Assembly: GCA_032718475.1 (NCBI GenBank)
Contig: JAUCBJ010006879.1
Location: 1-50,698 of the forward strand
DNA: 50,698 nucleotides
Source: Nemertoderma westbladi
Taxonomy: Eukaryota; Animalia; Xenacoelomorpha
Reading direction: 5' to 3'
Shown here: in pieces, positions 50,451 through 50,698 of the stretch
Numbering within the stretch: the stretch's first letter is position 1
Layout: each line of letters starts with the position of its first letter
Position numbers and translations under genes: made by a program
The notes under the pieces: model-generated
What the model was told of the DNA's origin: nothing
What the model saw: only the letters and a program-made list of their open reading frames with translations
The model's database searches: none

Positions 50451-50698
50451 TGTACAGTAGGATGTATACTCAATATCTAATATGGACCTTCATTATATGT
50501 GTGCATAAACAACGCCACATATTACTATGTGTTTAGTTCTATGTTTGTATTCTGTACAGTGCACTCAGCTGAAGGTTTTTAGTAATATTAATTAATGGTG
50601 GTGGATTGTCTCACATATATGTCAAGCTATCCATTGAGAAAAATATTAAAAGCATTTTGTCCTAAATAATATAATATTATTTTATTGATTTATGTTCA
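50451..50698 (+). repeat. 3' LTR (probably clipped by ~8 nt at the window edge)
   Basis: Identical to 45310-45557 except one T/C difference seen by eye; preceded by a purine-rich tract AGACTGGGGCGGCA. Confidence 0.92.

Larger units (their letters stand above)
45310..50698 (+). mobile_element. Ty3/Gypsy LTR retrotransposon, Mag-like
   Basis: Paired LTRs, PBS, and a single gag-pol frame in PR-RT-RH-IN order with a double Cys/His knuckle. Confidence 0.95.

Overview
AT-rich, transposon-dense genomic DNA from an animal, probably an invertebrate (spliceosomal introns, no prokaryotic features). From left to right: (1) a near-intact CR1/L2-group LINE (ORF1; ORF2 with PHD-APE-RT) and a 3'-truncated second LINE on the minus strand. 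(2) Six phase-compatible exons (7927-13061), largely missed by the ORF track. They splice into the C-terminal part of a probably GPI-anchored Ly6/uPAR (three-finger) protein whose domain is split by a ~255-aa insert of four helical repeats. (3) An intronless type II membrane fibrinogen-domain (FIBCD1-like) pseudogene cut in two by an RTE LINE. (4) A decayed piggyBac region with nested RTE pieces, including a ~590-bp fold-back duplication. (5) A Helentron/HINE-like element. (6) A 15-kb head-to-tail array of seven non-autonomous Helitrons, each with ~146-bp subrepeats carrying a CTCF-like motif. (7) A young but defective Mag-like Ty3/Gypsy LTR retrotransposon running to the window edge. The best novelty candidates are the split Ly6 chimera and the Helitron array with phased CTCF-like sites. 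All alignments and translations were done by eye; no searches were run.
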